Program-made: the position numbers and the translations under genes
Notes under the pieces: generated by a model
The model's database searches: none
What the model was told of the DNA's origin: nothing
The model's input: the letters and a program-made list of their open reading frames with translations, nothing else
DNA from: a virus
Lineage: Duplodnaviria; Heunggongvirae; Uroviricota; Caudoviricetes
DNA length: 10,678 nt
Direction: 5' to 3' (one strand)
IMG/VR virus record: IMGVR_UViG_3300044294_000233
Shown: in pieces, positions 1 to 6,042 of the stretch
Layout of the letters: each line of letters begins with the position of its first letter
How positions within the stretch are numbered: the first letter of the stretch is position 1

Positions 1-272
1 CCGAGGTAGCCGTCGAAGTAGATCTTCACCTTCGGCTGCTCGTTCTCGGTCAGCCACTTCACGAACTCGGTCGTCGTGATTTTCTTCCCGTCGAGCTTGA
101 TCTTCGCGCTGCTGATGTTGTAAACGTCTTTGCTCTTTTCGAGCGTGATCTTGACGAACCACGGGCGGTTGCCGGCCGGCATGAACTGGATCGTCTCCAG
201 AACGCCCTCGACCGGCTTCGCCTCTTCGCCGGCCCCGACCCCCAACGCCACCGACAGGATCATTGCGAACAT
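1..272 (-). CDS. Hypothetical secreted protein, partial (runs off the window edge)
   Basis: My translation: MFAMILSVALGVGAGEEAKPVEGVLETIQFMPAGNRPWFVKITLEKSKDVYNISSAKIKLDGKK..., open to base 1. SD GAGGA upstream, GC-rich third positions, hydrophobic signal-peptide-like N-terminus. Confidence 0.8.
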   Translation of the reverse strand, partial: MFAMILSVALGVGAGEEAKPVEGVLETIQFMPAGNRPWFVKITLEKSKDVYNISSAKIKLDGKKITTTEFVKWLTENEQPKVKIYFDGYL

Positions 273-454
273 GGTTTGTCCTCTTCTTCCGCCATCGGGA
301 GTTGACAGTTGCACGCGGGCCAGCCCCGCATCAACACGACACCCAAACGACAGACGTTGTTGAACGTAGCGAAAACCAAGATCAAGATCAAGAAGAAAAA
401 GAATCCCTGACCCAACGGACTCCAGTGCGCGATCATGTCGAGAATCTTGTCCAT
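260..454 (-). CDS. Small hypothetical membrane protein (64 aa)
   Basis: One hydrophobic segment (FFFFLILILVFATF) followed by RGWP. Overlaps the start of the downstream gene by 13 nt. Confidence 0.7.
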   Translation of the reverse strand: MDKILDMIAHWSPLGQGFFFFLILILVFATFNNVCRLGVVLMRGWPACNCQLPMAEEEDKPCSQ

Positions 455-522
455 TGCGTTCCCACCCGTGGTAAAAGTTCAACGGCAACTAATTATACCA
501 GGGCGGCACAGATAGATATTGC

Positions 523-1233
523 ATGAACGGTTTCCGAGAATTCTTCAACTACCAAGACCTGATCAGCGACCTGGGGGATGCGGGTGCGGAAGACATCGGC
601 GGCATTCACGAGTTCCAGATCAACCCCGCCGGCCGCAAGAAAATACTAATCGTCGGCGGCGTTCACGGCGACGAGGAGTCGGGTCCGCGTGGGGTCGTGG
701 CCTACGCACGGGGCAAGCCCGATCCCAAAAACCACCTGATCTTCATACCCTGCGCGAACGCACACGGGTTCGACAAAGGGGTTCGGACCAACGCCGACCG
801 ACGCGACATTAACCGGCACTTCCACCCCAAAAAGCAAACCAAAGAATCCGAAGCGGTCTGGAAGCGTGTTTTGAAACACGAACCCGATTTCGTCGTCAGT
901 TTGCACGAGGTCGATTACAAAACCGCCTTCATCTACTGCCAGTCCAGCGGCAAAAAGTGTGACCTCCTGCCGCTGGCGAAAAAACTGGTCGGGGAAATAC
1001 AGAAGGAGTTCCCGGTCCACAAGGGCAAATTGAATGACGGACCCTTCAAGAACCGTTGCAGCGGGAGCAGAAACGGAGTCGTCTCCTGCAAACAGACCTC
1101 TCTCGACACGCTCGAAGATCAACTGCTCAAAGAAGGCATACCGTCGTTGACTACCGAGTTACCTTCGGGAGCAAGCCGCGCCAAGAAAATCGAAGTGACC
1201 GTCAAAATGCTCGAAGTAATCGGGCAATGGTAA
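523..1233 (+). CDS. M14-family zinc peptidase (carboxypeptidase / succinylglutamate desuccinylase-aspartoacylase-like)
   Basis: Motifs in the expected order: GGVHGDEESG (HxxE zinc ligands), IPCANAHG, RTNADRRDINRHF, SLHE (third zinc ligand) and TTELP (putative catalytic Glu). Confidence 0.85.
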   Translation: MNGFREFFNYQDLISDLGDAGAEDIGGIHEFQINPAGRKKILIVGGVHGDEESGPRGVVAYARGKPDPKNHLIFIPCANAHGFDKGVRTNADRRDINRHFHPKKQTKESEAVWKRVLKHEPDFVVSLHEVDYKTAFIYCQSSGKKCDLLPLAKKLVGEIQKEFPVHKGKLNDGPFKNRCSGSRNGVVSCKQTSLDTLEDQLLKEGIPSLTTELPSGASRAKKIEVTVKMLEVIGQW

Positions 1234-1275
1234 ACAATGAAGGCCAGACGTTTCTTCACGTCTGGCCTTCATTGT
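1234..1275. terminator. Perfect 18-bp inverted repeat between convergent genes, probable bidirectional terminator
   Basis: ACAATGAAGGCCAGACGT (1234-1251), loop TTCTTC, ACGTCTGGCCTTCATTGT (1258-1275). Starts directly after the peptidase TAA. No classic U-tract. Confidence 0.7.
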
Positions 1276-1286
1276 AGCGGTAGCCG

Positions 1287-1661
1287 TTAAGACGAAGAGG
1301 GCGGGAGCAACGACAAGTGTATCGAGTTCGTCCTGATTTCGAGGGAACCGCCAGCAGGCACGAGGATGCCCTGGCCTCCCAAGCTCTGCCACATGACTTC
1401 CGTCATGCCGTCCAGCCAGATGCTGAACCCGTCTATCATGGTCGCCACGGCACAAGGGTGAGAGATCACCTCCTCAAAGGGGTAAACGGCCTTGATGAAC
1501 GCACGCTCGCCGCTACCGCTGTCTACCCAAAAACTAACAGTCAACCGTGACTTCAAGTCCTTGAGTAGTGTTCCAATCGGGAAAACTACGGCGTCGTTGT
1601 GCCAAACGCCTTTGTACGTTTCCGCCTCACGCAACCACTTCTTCTGTAACCACTGGTTCAT
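1287..1661 (-). CDS. Hypothetical protein (124 aa)
   Basis: MNQWLQKKWLREAETYKGVWHND...; ATG at 1661 chosen because of the SD AAGGA. Overlaps the 3' end of the upstream gene. Confidence 0.7.
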   Translation of the reverse strand: MNQWLQKKWLREAETYKGVWHNDAVVFPIGTLLKDLKSRLTVSFWVDSGSGERAFIKAVYPFEEVISHPCAVATMIDGFSIWLDGMTEVMWQSLGGQGILVPAGGSLEIRTNSIHLSLLPPSSS

Positions 1662-2067
1662 TTTCTTCCTTCGGATGCTTCCTCGGATTCCCCAACCCCA
1701 CCTCGCGTTCCGGCCCGCACTCATCGAACAACGGCCAGAACTTCGGGTCTTTCGGATACGCCGCACCCTGCGGCCTCATCTTCCTCACCCGGCAGCAGAA
1801 CAGACTCGTCGCGTCACACACACCCACCACGTCGTCAACCTTCTTGCAGTCCTCTACCGCTCGCTCCAGTTCCGCCACGTTCTCAGGGGTAATCTTCTCC
1901 AGATCCGCACTCCCCCAATAGAAGAGGTCGTTGCACATCGCGAACATCGTCACCGGCGCGTACTCGCCGTCCACCCGCCACCACAACTCGCTCCCGTCCG
2001 GGCCGTCGAAACCGTCGTAAACCGCCAACACCCGCCGGACGAACGCCAAGATCTCAGAATCGTTCAT
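1627..2067 (-). CDS. Hypothetical phage protein (146 aa, CNDLFYWGSAD...MRPQGAAY...CGPER motifs)
   Basis: SD GAGGA before ATG 2067 and strong codon bias. The motifs resemble an uncharacterised phage family recalled from memory, not searched. Confidence 0.8.
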   Translation of the reverse strand: MNDSEILAFVRRVLAVYDGFDGPDGSELWWRVDGEYAPVTMFAMCNDLFYWGSADLEKITPENVAELERAVEDCKKVDDVVGVCDATSLFCCRVRKMRPQGAAYPKDPKFWPLFDECGPEREVGLGNPRKHPKEENEPVVTEEVVA

Positions 2068-2077
2068 CTTGAAGTCC

Positions 2078-2203
2078 TCAGAAACACATCGCGATTGCGA
2101 CACCCGCACCGATCAAAGTCAAAAGGCCGACAGCAACCATGATCGCACAGTTGCAGCCGCAGCCCTGAAACGGATTGTTGCGTTGAGCAAAGAGTGGGTT
2201 CAT
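2078..2203 (-). CDS. Small hypothetical membrane peptide (41 aa)
   Basis: MNPLFAQRNNPFQGCGCNCAIMVAVGLLTLIGAGVAIAMCF. Fills the gap between two genes and has a C-terminal hydrophobic helix. No clear SD. Confidence 0.5.
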   Translation of the reverse strand: MNPLFAQRNNPFQGCGCNCAIMVAVGLLTLIGAGVAIAMCF

Positions 2204-2240
2204 GTGAAAATAATAGCCGCACCTGGGGCGAGGGCCAAAT

Positions 2241-2678
2241 TCATTTCGACAAATTGCTTTTTACTGCGTCGGCGATTTGAAGGTAAGTTTCAAGCCCGTG
2301 ATTCGAGATGGCAGTGTTTAACGCATAAAGAATGTAGCGGACGTTTTCTCGCAAGTAGCCTTTGCTGTTGTCTATTCTGTCCAGGCTCGCCACGAAGGGT
2401 GCTGCATCGGAAAAAGGAATCTTCGACAAAGCACAGCAATCATTTTGAATCCGAAGTAGGTTCTCCAGAAATTCAATGCTTAAATCGAAATCGAGATGCT
2501 TTTTCTCGGCGCGTTTTTTGGAGTGGACGTAACTGACGTAAGCCCTCTTGCTAGACAGCTTGTTTAGCCAAGCGACATTTTCTAGCCTTCGGCATTTCTT
2601 GCATCGTCTGCCATTGTGTTTCTTCCCGCGATAGAAGTGTTCGTCGCCTTTGTCTTCTTTGCATTTGGTGCAGATCAT
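2241..2678 (-). CDS. HNH (His-Me finger) endonuclease-like protein with N-terminal CxxC...CxxC zinc finger
   Basis: CTKC...CKKC, then CALSKIPF and SLDRIDNSKGYLRENV...N, typical of phage free-standing HNH endonucleases. Visibly lower GC than its neighbours. Confidence 0.8.
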   Translation of the reverse strand: MICTKCKEDKGDEHFYRGKKHNGRRCKKCRRLENVAWLNKLSSKRAYVSYVHSKKRAEKKHLDFDLSIEFLENLLRIQNDCCALSKIPFSDAAPFVASLDRIDNSKGYLRENVRYILYALNTAISNHGLETYLQIADAVKSNLSK

Positions 2679-2916
2679 TTAACGCCCCCAGAGTTCAGAT
2701 ATTCTATCGTGAAAACCCTGGAGAATTGCGTTATGCTGGTCGGCGGGATTTTTTCGCGGCTCTTGTTTCCAAAAGGTTCGACCCTGACGCCGGGGGCCGA
2801 AAAACCTGGGCGGGATTTTTTTGTGACACGCTAATAAGAAAACAAGGCCGTAGAGGTATGGGGACCGCCCCCGAACGGGAACCATCGTCAGACTTTTTGC
2901 TTTTGAATTTCGACAT
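2679..2916 (-). other. Ambiguous AT-rich segment with two overlapping ORFs (2731-2916 and 2679-2885); coding status unclear
   Basis: Neither ORF shows the codon bias of the region. The 2679 stop abuts the HNH start (TAAATG). GGCGGGATTTTTT occurs twice. Confidence 0.25.
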
Positions 2917-2959
2917 TCATTAAAATGTTACAGCGTCCTGTTCATAGCGTTGTACCTTT

Positions 2960-2995
2960 GTATCCACCACACACATAGTAGTGTGTGGTGGATAC
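2960..2995. repeat. Perfect 15-bp inverted repeat without a U-tract
   Basis: GTATCCACCACACAC (2960-2974), loop ATAGTA, GTGTGTGGTGGATAC (2981-2995). Lies 13 nt downstream of the 3009 stop codon. Confidence 0.85.
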
Positions 2996-3008
2996 TATCC
3001 AACTGTTG

Positions 3009-3350
3009 TCATTGCATCAGCAATGCTAACTGGCGCATGTATCGCTCGCTCTGTAGTACGACCTTGAGTGATAGTAGCTGCTGCTTGGTGAGTGGTCGGC
3101 CGCTGTCCTTCTGATCCCTGAGCGAGTGTAGGTAGCGTGTGTCGTGGTCCTCGATGCCGAAAGGACCGGGCAGTTCGGTAGCGAGATCCTCGGCGTTGCT
3201 GTCAGCCAGCACAAGCGTGTCGAACATGCGTTCCACTTCGTCTAGCTGCGAGGCTTTGAGCTTGGGCAGTCGCTGCGCTAGGTCGGCGGTTCGTGCGGCG
3301 AGGTGGGGAAGGTTGGTCTTCCCGTTCGCCTTAGCTTCGTTGATGTCCAT
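3009..3350 (-). CDS. Hypothetical protein (113 aa) starting MDINEAKAN
   Basis: SD AAGGAG and the first nine codons lie inside the 127-bp repeat. The body uses more A/T-ending codons (CTA, TTA, GTA) than neighbouring genes. Confidence 0.75.
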   Translation of the reverse strand: MDINEAKANGKTNLPHLAARTADLAQRLPKLKASQLDEVERMFDTLVLADSNAEDLATELPGPFGIEDHDTRYLHSLRDQKDSGRPLTKQQLLSLKVVLQSERYMRQLALLMQ

Positions 3351-3449
3351 TGCGATCTCCTTGCACAGCCCTAGAAGGGCGTTGAAACGAAAGAAGCCCG
3401 GAAGGGCGATGGGTCGCCGATCCGGGCTTGGAAGCGATCCTATGCGATT
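3323..3449. repeat. 127-bp exact direct repeat, copy 1
   Basis: Identical base for base to 4457-4583 by manual comparison. Confidence 0.95.
3385..3429 (-). terminator. Intrinsic terminator-like hairpin inside repeat copy 1
   Basis: Minus strand: AAGCCCGGA-TC-GGCGA-CCCA-TCGCC-CT-TCCGGGCTT followed by CTTTCGTTT. Confidence 0.65.
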
Positions 3450-3968
3450 TCAGACGGTAGCGGGTTGGAACAGGGCGAGGAAGTTCTGGTAGTCGCCGTT
3501 GTCCGGGTCGGTCAGCTTGGTCGTCATGCGGTCGGTGTCGTTGGTCAGGGCGATGGCGTCTTGCCAGAGGTCGTTGTTGTTCTCGCTGGTCACGGTGGCG
3601 ATGCGGATGTTCTCGCCGTGCTTCGCGAGGCGAACCCGGTACTTGTAGGTGTTCACCCGGCTGATTTCGATCTCCGGGGCGAGCGCCTTCCGAGCGAGTT
3701 CGGCCGTCAGCATCCCGGTGGCGGCGTAGTAGTTGATGTCCGTCTCACGCCACGGTTCGAGTTCGCAGGTATCGACGTTGCGGCCGTGGATCGGGCAGGC
3801 GTCGTTCTGGCCGTTGCACCGATGGTCCGGGCATTCCATCTTGTCGCCCGTCTTCGGGTCGATGTAGTGGAGTTTGGCGAGCTTGCGCCGGCCGTGTTCG
3901 ATGAAGCCGATGACGACCGCGTAGCGGCTGCTGGCCGGGATGCTGACGATGTCGTTGAGGCTGACCAT
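3450..3968 (-). CDS. Hypothetical protein (172 aa) with a possible Zn-binding CPDHRC...CPIH cluster
   Basis: Start reassigned to ATG 3968 (SD AAGGTG; MVSLNDIVSIP). The TGA abuts repeat copy 1 with no gap. Confidence 0.8.
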   Translation of the reverse strand: MVSLNDIVSIPASSRYAVVIGFIEHGRRKLAKLHYIDPKTGDKMECPDHRCNGQNDACPIHGRNVDTCELEPWRETDINYYAATGMLTAELARKALAPEIEISRVNTYKYRVRLAKHGENIRIATVTSENNNDLWQDAIALTNDTDRMTTKLTDPDNGDYQNFLALFQPATV

Positions 3969-3987
3969 GATCACCTTCGGTTGAGAA

Positions 3988-4055
3988 GTAGAGGCGGGGC
4001 GGCGGGCGTACCTGCCGTTACCCCGACAGACCCTGCTGCCGGACCCCGCCTCTAC
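3988..4055. repeat. 12-bp perfect inverted repeat enclosing a 44-nt GC-rich segment in the leader of the 172-aa gene
   Basis: GTAGAGGCGGGG (3988-3999) and CCCCGCCTCTAC (4044-4055). One arm includes most of the TGTAG box. Confidence 0.8.
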
Positions 4056-4087
4056 ACGTCGTTCGTCTTCTTGTCTCCAAAATTGTG
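4052..4087 (-). promoter_or_regulatory. Recurrent element, non-palindromic-spacer type
   Basis: Minus strand: CACAATTTTGGAGAC-AAGAAGACGAACGACG(16)-TGTAG. Confidence 0.7.
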
Positions 4088-4106
4088 CGGTGAATCCGCC
4101 GCACAA
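4079..4106 (-). terminator. Intrinsic terminator overlapping the upstream box of the element
   Basis: Minus strand: TTGTGCGG-CGGATTCA-CCGCACAA-TTTT. Confidence 0.6.
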
Positions 4107-4172
4107 CGCAAGGTTGGTTCCGTGGTCAGGCACCCCGTTCGGCGTGTCCACGGCTACGCTGAAGCCGCTGCG

Positions 4173-4196
4173 TCATATGAAGCCGGAAGTGTACAT
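4173..4196 (-). CDS. Mini-ORF MYTSGFI (7 aa)
   Basis: ATG TAC ACT TCC GGC TTC ATA TGA, with SD GGAG 6 nt upstream. Confidence 0.35.
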   Translation of the reverse strand: MYTSGFI

Positions 4197-4274
4197 GTTC
4201 TGCTCCGTGCGGGTGGCGAGCCGGTTTAGCGACTGCGGCTCAGGTCGTGCTGGTCACGTCAGCATGGGCCGGGG

Positions 4275-4304
4275 CTATATGAAGCCTGTCGGGTATTCTC
4301 GCAT
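4275..4304 (-). CDS. Mini-ORF MREYPTGFI (9 aa)
   Basis: ATG CGA GAA TAC CCG ACA GGC TTC ATA TAG, with SD GAGGAG 10 nt upstream. Confidence 0.35.
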   Translation of the reverse strand: MREYPTGFI

Positions 4305-4361
4305 CGGGGGCTATCTCCTCGCGCGGAAGTAGCTCGCAGCTACTCCTGCGCGGTTGTTGTT

Positions 4362-4484
4362 TCACTTGCTGTCGGTGACTTCGGCTTTGACCACTTCGAC
4401 TTTCATCACGCCGCTGCCGAGCGTGTCGTTGATCGCCTCATCGACCGCTTCGCCCGCGTTCGCCTTAGCTTCGTTGATGTCCAT
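4362..4484 (-). CDS. Small hypothetical protein (40 aa) starting MDINEAKAN
   Basis: Same SD and first nine codons as 3009-3350, supplied by repeat copy 2, then AGEAVDEAINDTLGSGVMKVEVVKAEVTDSK. Confidence 0.7.
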   Translation of the reverse strand: MDINEAKANAGEAVDEAINDTLGSGVMKVEVVKAEVTDSK

Positions 4485-4583
4485 TGCGATCTCCTTGCAC
4501 AGCCCTAGAAGGGCGTTGAAACGAAAGAAGCCCGGAAGGGCGATGGGTCGCCGATCCGGGCTTGGAAGCGATCCTATGCGATT
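4457..4583. repeat. 127-bp exact direct repeat, copy 2
   Basis: Identical to 3323-3449; offset 1134 bp. Confidence 0.95.
4519..4563 (-). terminator. Intrinsic terminator-like hairpin inside repeat copy 2
   Basis: Same hairpin and U-rich tail as 3385-3429. Confidence 0.65.
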
Positions 4584-4631
4584 GTCGTGATCGGCCACAG
4601 CTTCGTTGCCGGCCTTGACGACCTCGAAGTT

Positions 4632-4814
4632 CTAGATGTTCTCTTCGAGCCACTTGAGGAAGTCCGCGCCGTTGCCCCACTGGGCTTCGATCATCGTGTA
4701 GACACGCACGCCCATGCGGAACGCTCGCGGCGTGTCCAACTCACGCAGCAAGTTCGCCATCAGGCTGTACTCGCCGTCCATCCAAGCCAGCGCGAGCTGT
4801 TCTGCCATCAGCAT
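4632..4814 (-). CDS. Hypothetical protein (60 aa)
   Basis: SD GGAGGT before ATG 4814 (MLMAEQLALAW...WLEENI), ending in TAG. Confidence 0.75.
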   Translation of the reverse strand: MLMAEQLALAWMDGEYSLMANLLRELDTPRAFRMGVRVYTMIEAQWGNGADFLKWLEENI

Positions 4815-4836
4815 GACAACCTCCAATTCGGGTGGG

Positions 4837-4882
4837 GGAGACAACCCTAAACGCTCGGTTTAGGGTTGTCTCCGGTTTTGCG
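4837..4882 (-). promoter_or_regulatory. Recurrent element, hairpin type, 16-bp perfect stem
   Basis: Plus strand: GGAGACAACCCTAAAC-GCTCG-GTTTAGGGTTGTCTCC-GGTTTTGCG. Starts 0 nt after the TGA of 4883-5362. Confidence 0.85.
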
Positions 4883-5362
4883 TCAGTTTTTGTTGAGGTC
4901 AAAGTTCCGTTCGATGGTGTAGCGGTCGTGACCGAACGGCTCGAACGCGGCCTTCAGGCGAGCTTCGGCAGCCTTGAACCCTTCGATGGCAGCCGCGAGT
5001 TCGTCAATGGAGGCTTGGTTGCTGAGGACGGCGGCGCGGGCGATGTTCCGCTTGACGGCCGCGTCGAGGTGAGCCGGGTTGTACTCCTCGAAGAACTTCG
5101 CGTCAACGACGATGTTCTTGAGGGCGTAGGCGATGATCATGTCCGTTTTCTGGTCGCCGTTCTGGAAGCTGACGTAGGTCATGCTGGCGCGGGCGTGCGT
5201 CGTGACCTCGAAGCCGAGCGTTTCCGACATCTTCTTGAGGTAGGGCGCGGTCAGCCGCTTGCCGTCGTTGGCCTTGAAGTAGTCGAGAACGGCCTGCGGG
5301 CGTTCGGTGTGTTCGGTCGCGTAGAACACCGTGTTGAAGATCGTTTCGGAGGTCGTCGGCAT
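4883..5362 (-). CDS. Hypothetical protein (159 aa)
   Basis: SD GGAG and strong codon bias. Bounded by an element on each side. Confidence 0.85.
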   Translation of the reverse strand: MPTTSETIFNTVFYATEHTERPQAVLDYFKANDGKRLTAPYLKKMSETLGFEVTTHARASMTYVSFQNGDQKTDMIIAYALKNIVVDAKFFEEYNPAHLDAAVKRNIARAAVLSNQASIDELAAAIEGFKAAEARLKAAFEPFGHDRYTIERNFDLNKN

Positions 5363-5386
5363 CGCAAGCTCCAGTTCGGGATGGGC

Positions 5387-5431
5387 GAGACAACCCTACA
5401 CACTCGGCGTAGGGTTGTCTCCGGTTTTGCG
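5387..5431 (-). promoter_or_regulatory. Recurrent element, hairpin type, 13-bp stem
   Basis: GAGACAACCCTAC-ACACTCGGC-GTAGGGTTGTCTC-CGGTTTTGCG. Starts 1 nt after the upstream TGA. Confidence 0.85.
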
Positions 5432-5432
5432 T

Positions 5433-5660
5433 TCAGGAAATTGCGGGTTCGGGTGCGGCAACGGGCGAGGGCGCGGTGACCGAGTCGTACAGGTGCCGCA
5501 GGGCGATGCGGAGAACCTGACTGGCGTTCTTCTCGCCGTAGTGTTGTTTCATGTCCGCGAGCATCGCCTGCTCGTCGGTGGTGAGCCGCAGCCCGCGAGC
5601 TTGCCCATAGATGCCGTCGCCGGGCGTTGCGGCGGGACCGGAGGTGATGACGTTTTCCAT
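5433..5660 (-). CDS. Ribbon-helix-helix (CopG/Arc/MetJ-like) DNA-binding protein (75 aa)
   Basis: GLRLTTDEQAMLADMKQHYGEKNASQVLRIALRHLY fits the strand-helix-turn-SxxxRxAL pattern. SD AGGA. Confidence 0.65.
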   Translation of the reverse strand: MENVITSGPAATPGDGIYGQARGLRLTTDEQAMLADMKQHYGEKNASQVLRIALRHLYDSVTAPSPVAAPEPAIS

Positions 5661-5685
5661 AGTCCTGTGGGTTCGAGGTGGGGGT

Positions 5686-5862
5686 TCAGTAACCGAGGCA
5701 CGCGAGCATCGTGTCTTCGTCGTTCAGCGCGGCGTCGAGGTCGGCCGGGTTGCACTTCAGGATGTGGCACATTTCCAGTCGAACGGCCGGGCCGAGGTTG
5801 CCGAAGAGTTGCAGGTTCGCCATCGCGTTCGCGGCGGCGTTAACGATGTCCGTCGTGGTCAT
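5686..5862 (-). CDS. Hypothetical protein (58 aa), not in the ORF track
   Basis: MTTTDIVNAAANAMANLQLFGNLGPAVRLEMCHILKCNPADLDAALNDEDTMLACLGY; SD GAGGTG. Confidence 0.8.
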   Translation of the reverse strand: MTTTDIVNAAANAMANLQLFGNLGPAVRLEMCHILKCNPADLDAALNDEDTMLACLGY

Positions 5863-5883
5863 TCTGCACCTCGAATGGTTGGG

Positions 5884-5929
5884 GGAGACAACCCTACAAG
5901 GGCGGTGTAGGGTTGTCTCCGGTTTTGCG
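5884..5929 (-). promoter_or_regulatory. Recurrent element, hairpin type, 15-bp perfect stem
   Basis: GGAGACAACCCTACA-AGGGCGG-TGTAGGGTTGTCTCC-GGTTTTGCG. Starts 2 nt after the upstream TGA. Confidence 0.85.
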
Positions 5930-5931
5930 CA

Positions 5932-6042
5932 TCACCAACCGCGTTGTTTGCGGAGTTCGTCCGCTTCGGCCTTCCGCCGCTTCAGGTCGGTGACTTGCCG
6001 TGTGAGTACGAGTACGGTAATGCCGATGTTGCACTTGGTCAC
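5932..6042 (-). CDS. Small hypothetical protein (36 aa)
   Basis: GTG start overlaps the upstream stop (GTGA); SD AAGGA. MTKCNIGITVLVLTRQVTDLKRRKAEADELRKQRGW. Confidence 0.55.
   Translation of the reverse strand: MTKCNIGITVLVLTRQVTDLKRRKAEADELRKQRGW

Larger units (their letters stand above)
4107..4351 (-). other. Hairpin-rich intergenic segment, candidate structured RNA carrying two mini-ORFs
   Basis: Stems by eye on the minus strand: 13-bp imperfect GCGCAGGAGTAGC/GCTACTTCCGCGC (4321-4351), TGCTG/CAGCA, GAGCCG/CGGCTC and CCGTGG/CCACGG. No long minus-strand ORF with typical codon bias. Confidence 0.35.

Noticed and set aside
2695-2730. Extra copy of the recurrent element (GAGAATTGCG)
   Set aside because: It lacks GTCTCC and has no CTACA at the expected distance.
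2770-2800. tRNA suggested by GGTTCGACC
   Set aside because: No 5-bp T-stem, acceptor stem or cloverleaf can be formed around it.
2204-2960. Group I intron housing the HNH gene
   Set aside because: No P7/R-S core motifs were recognisable by eye and no interrupted host gene is evident; a covariance-model search would be needed to exclude it fully.
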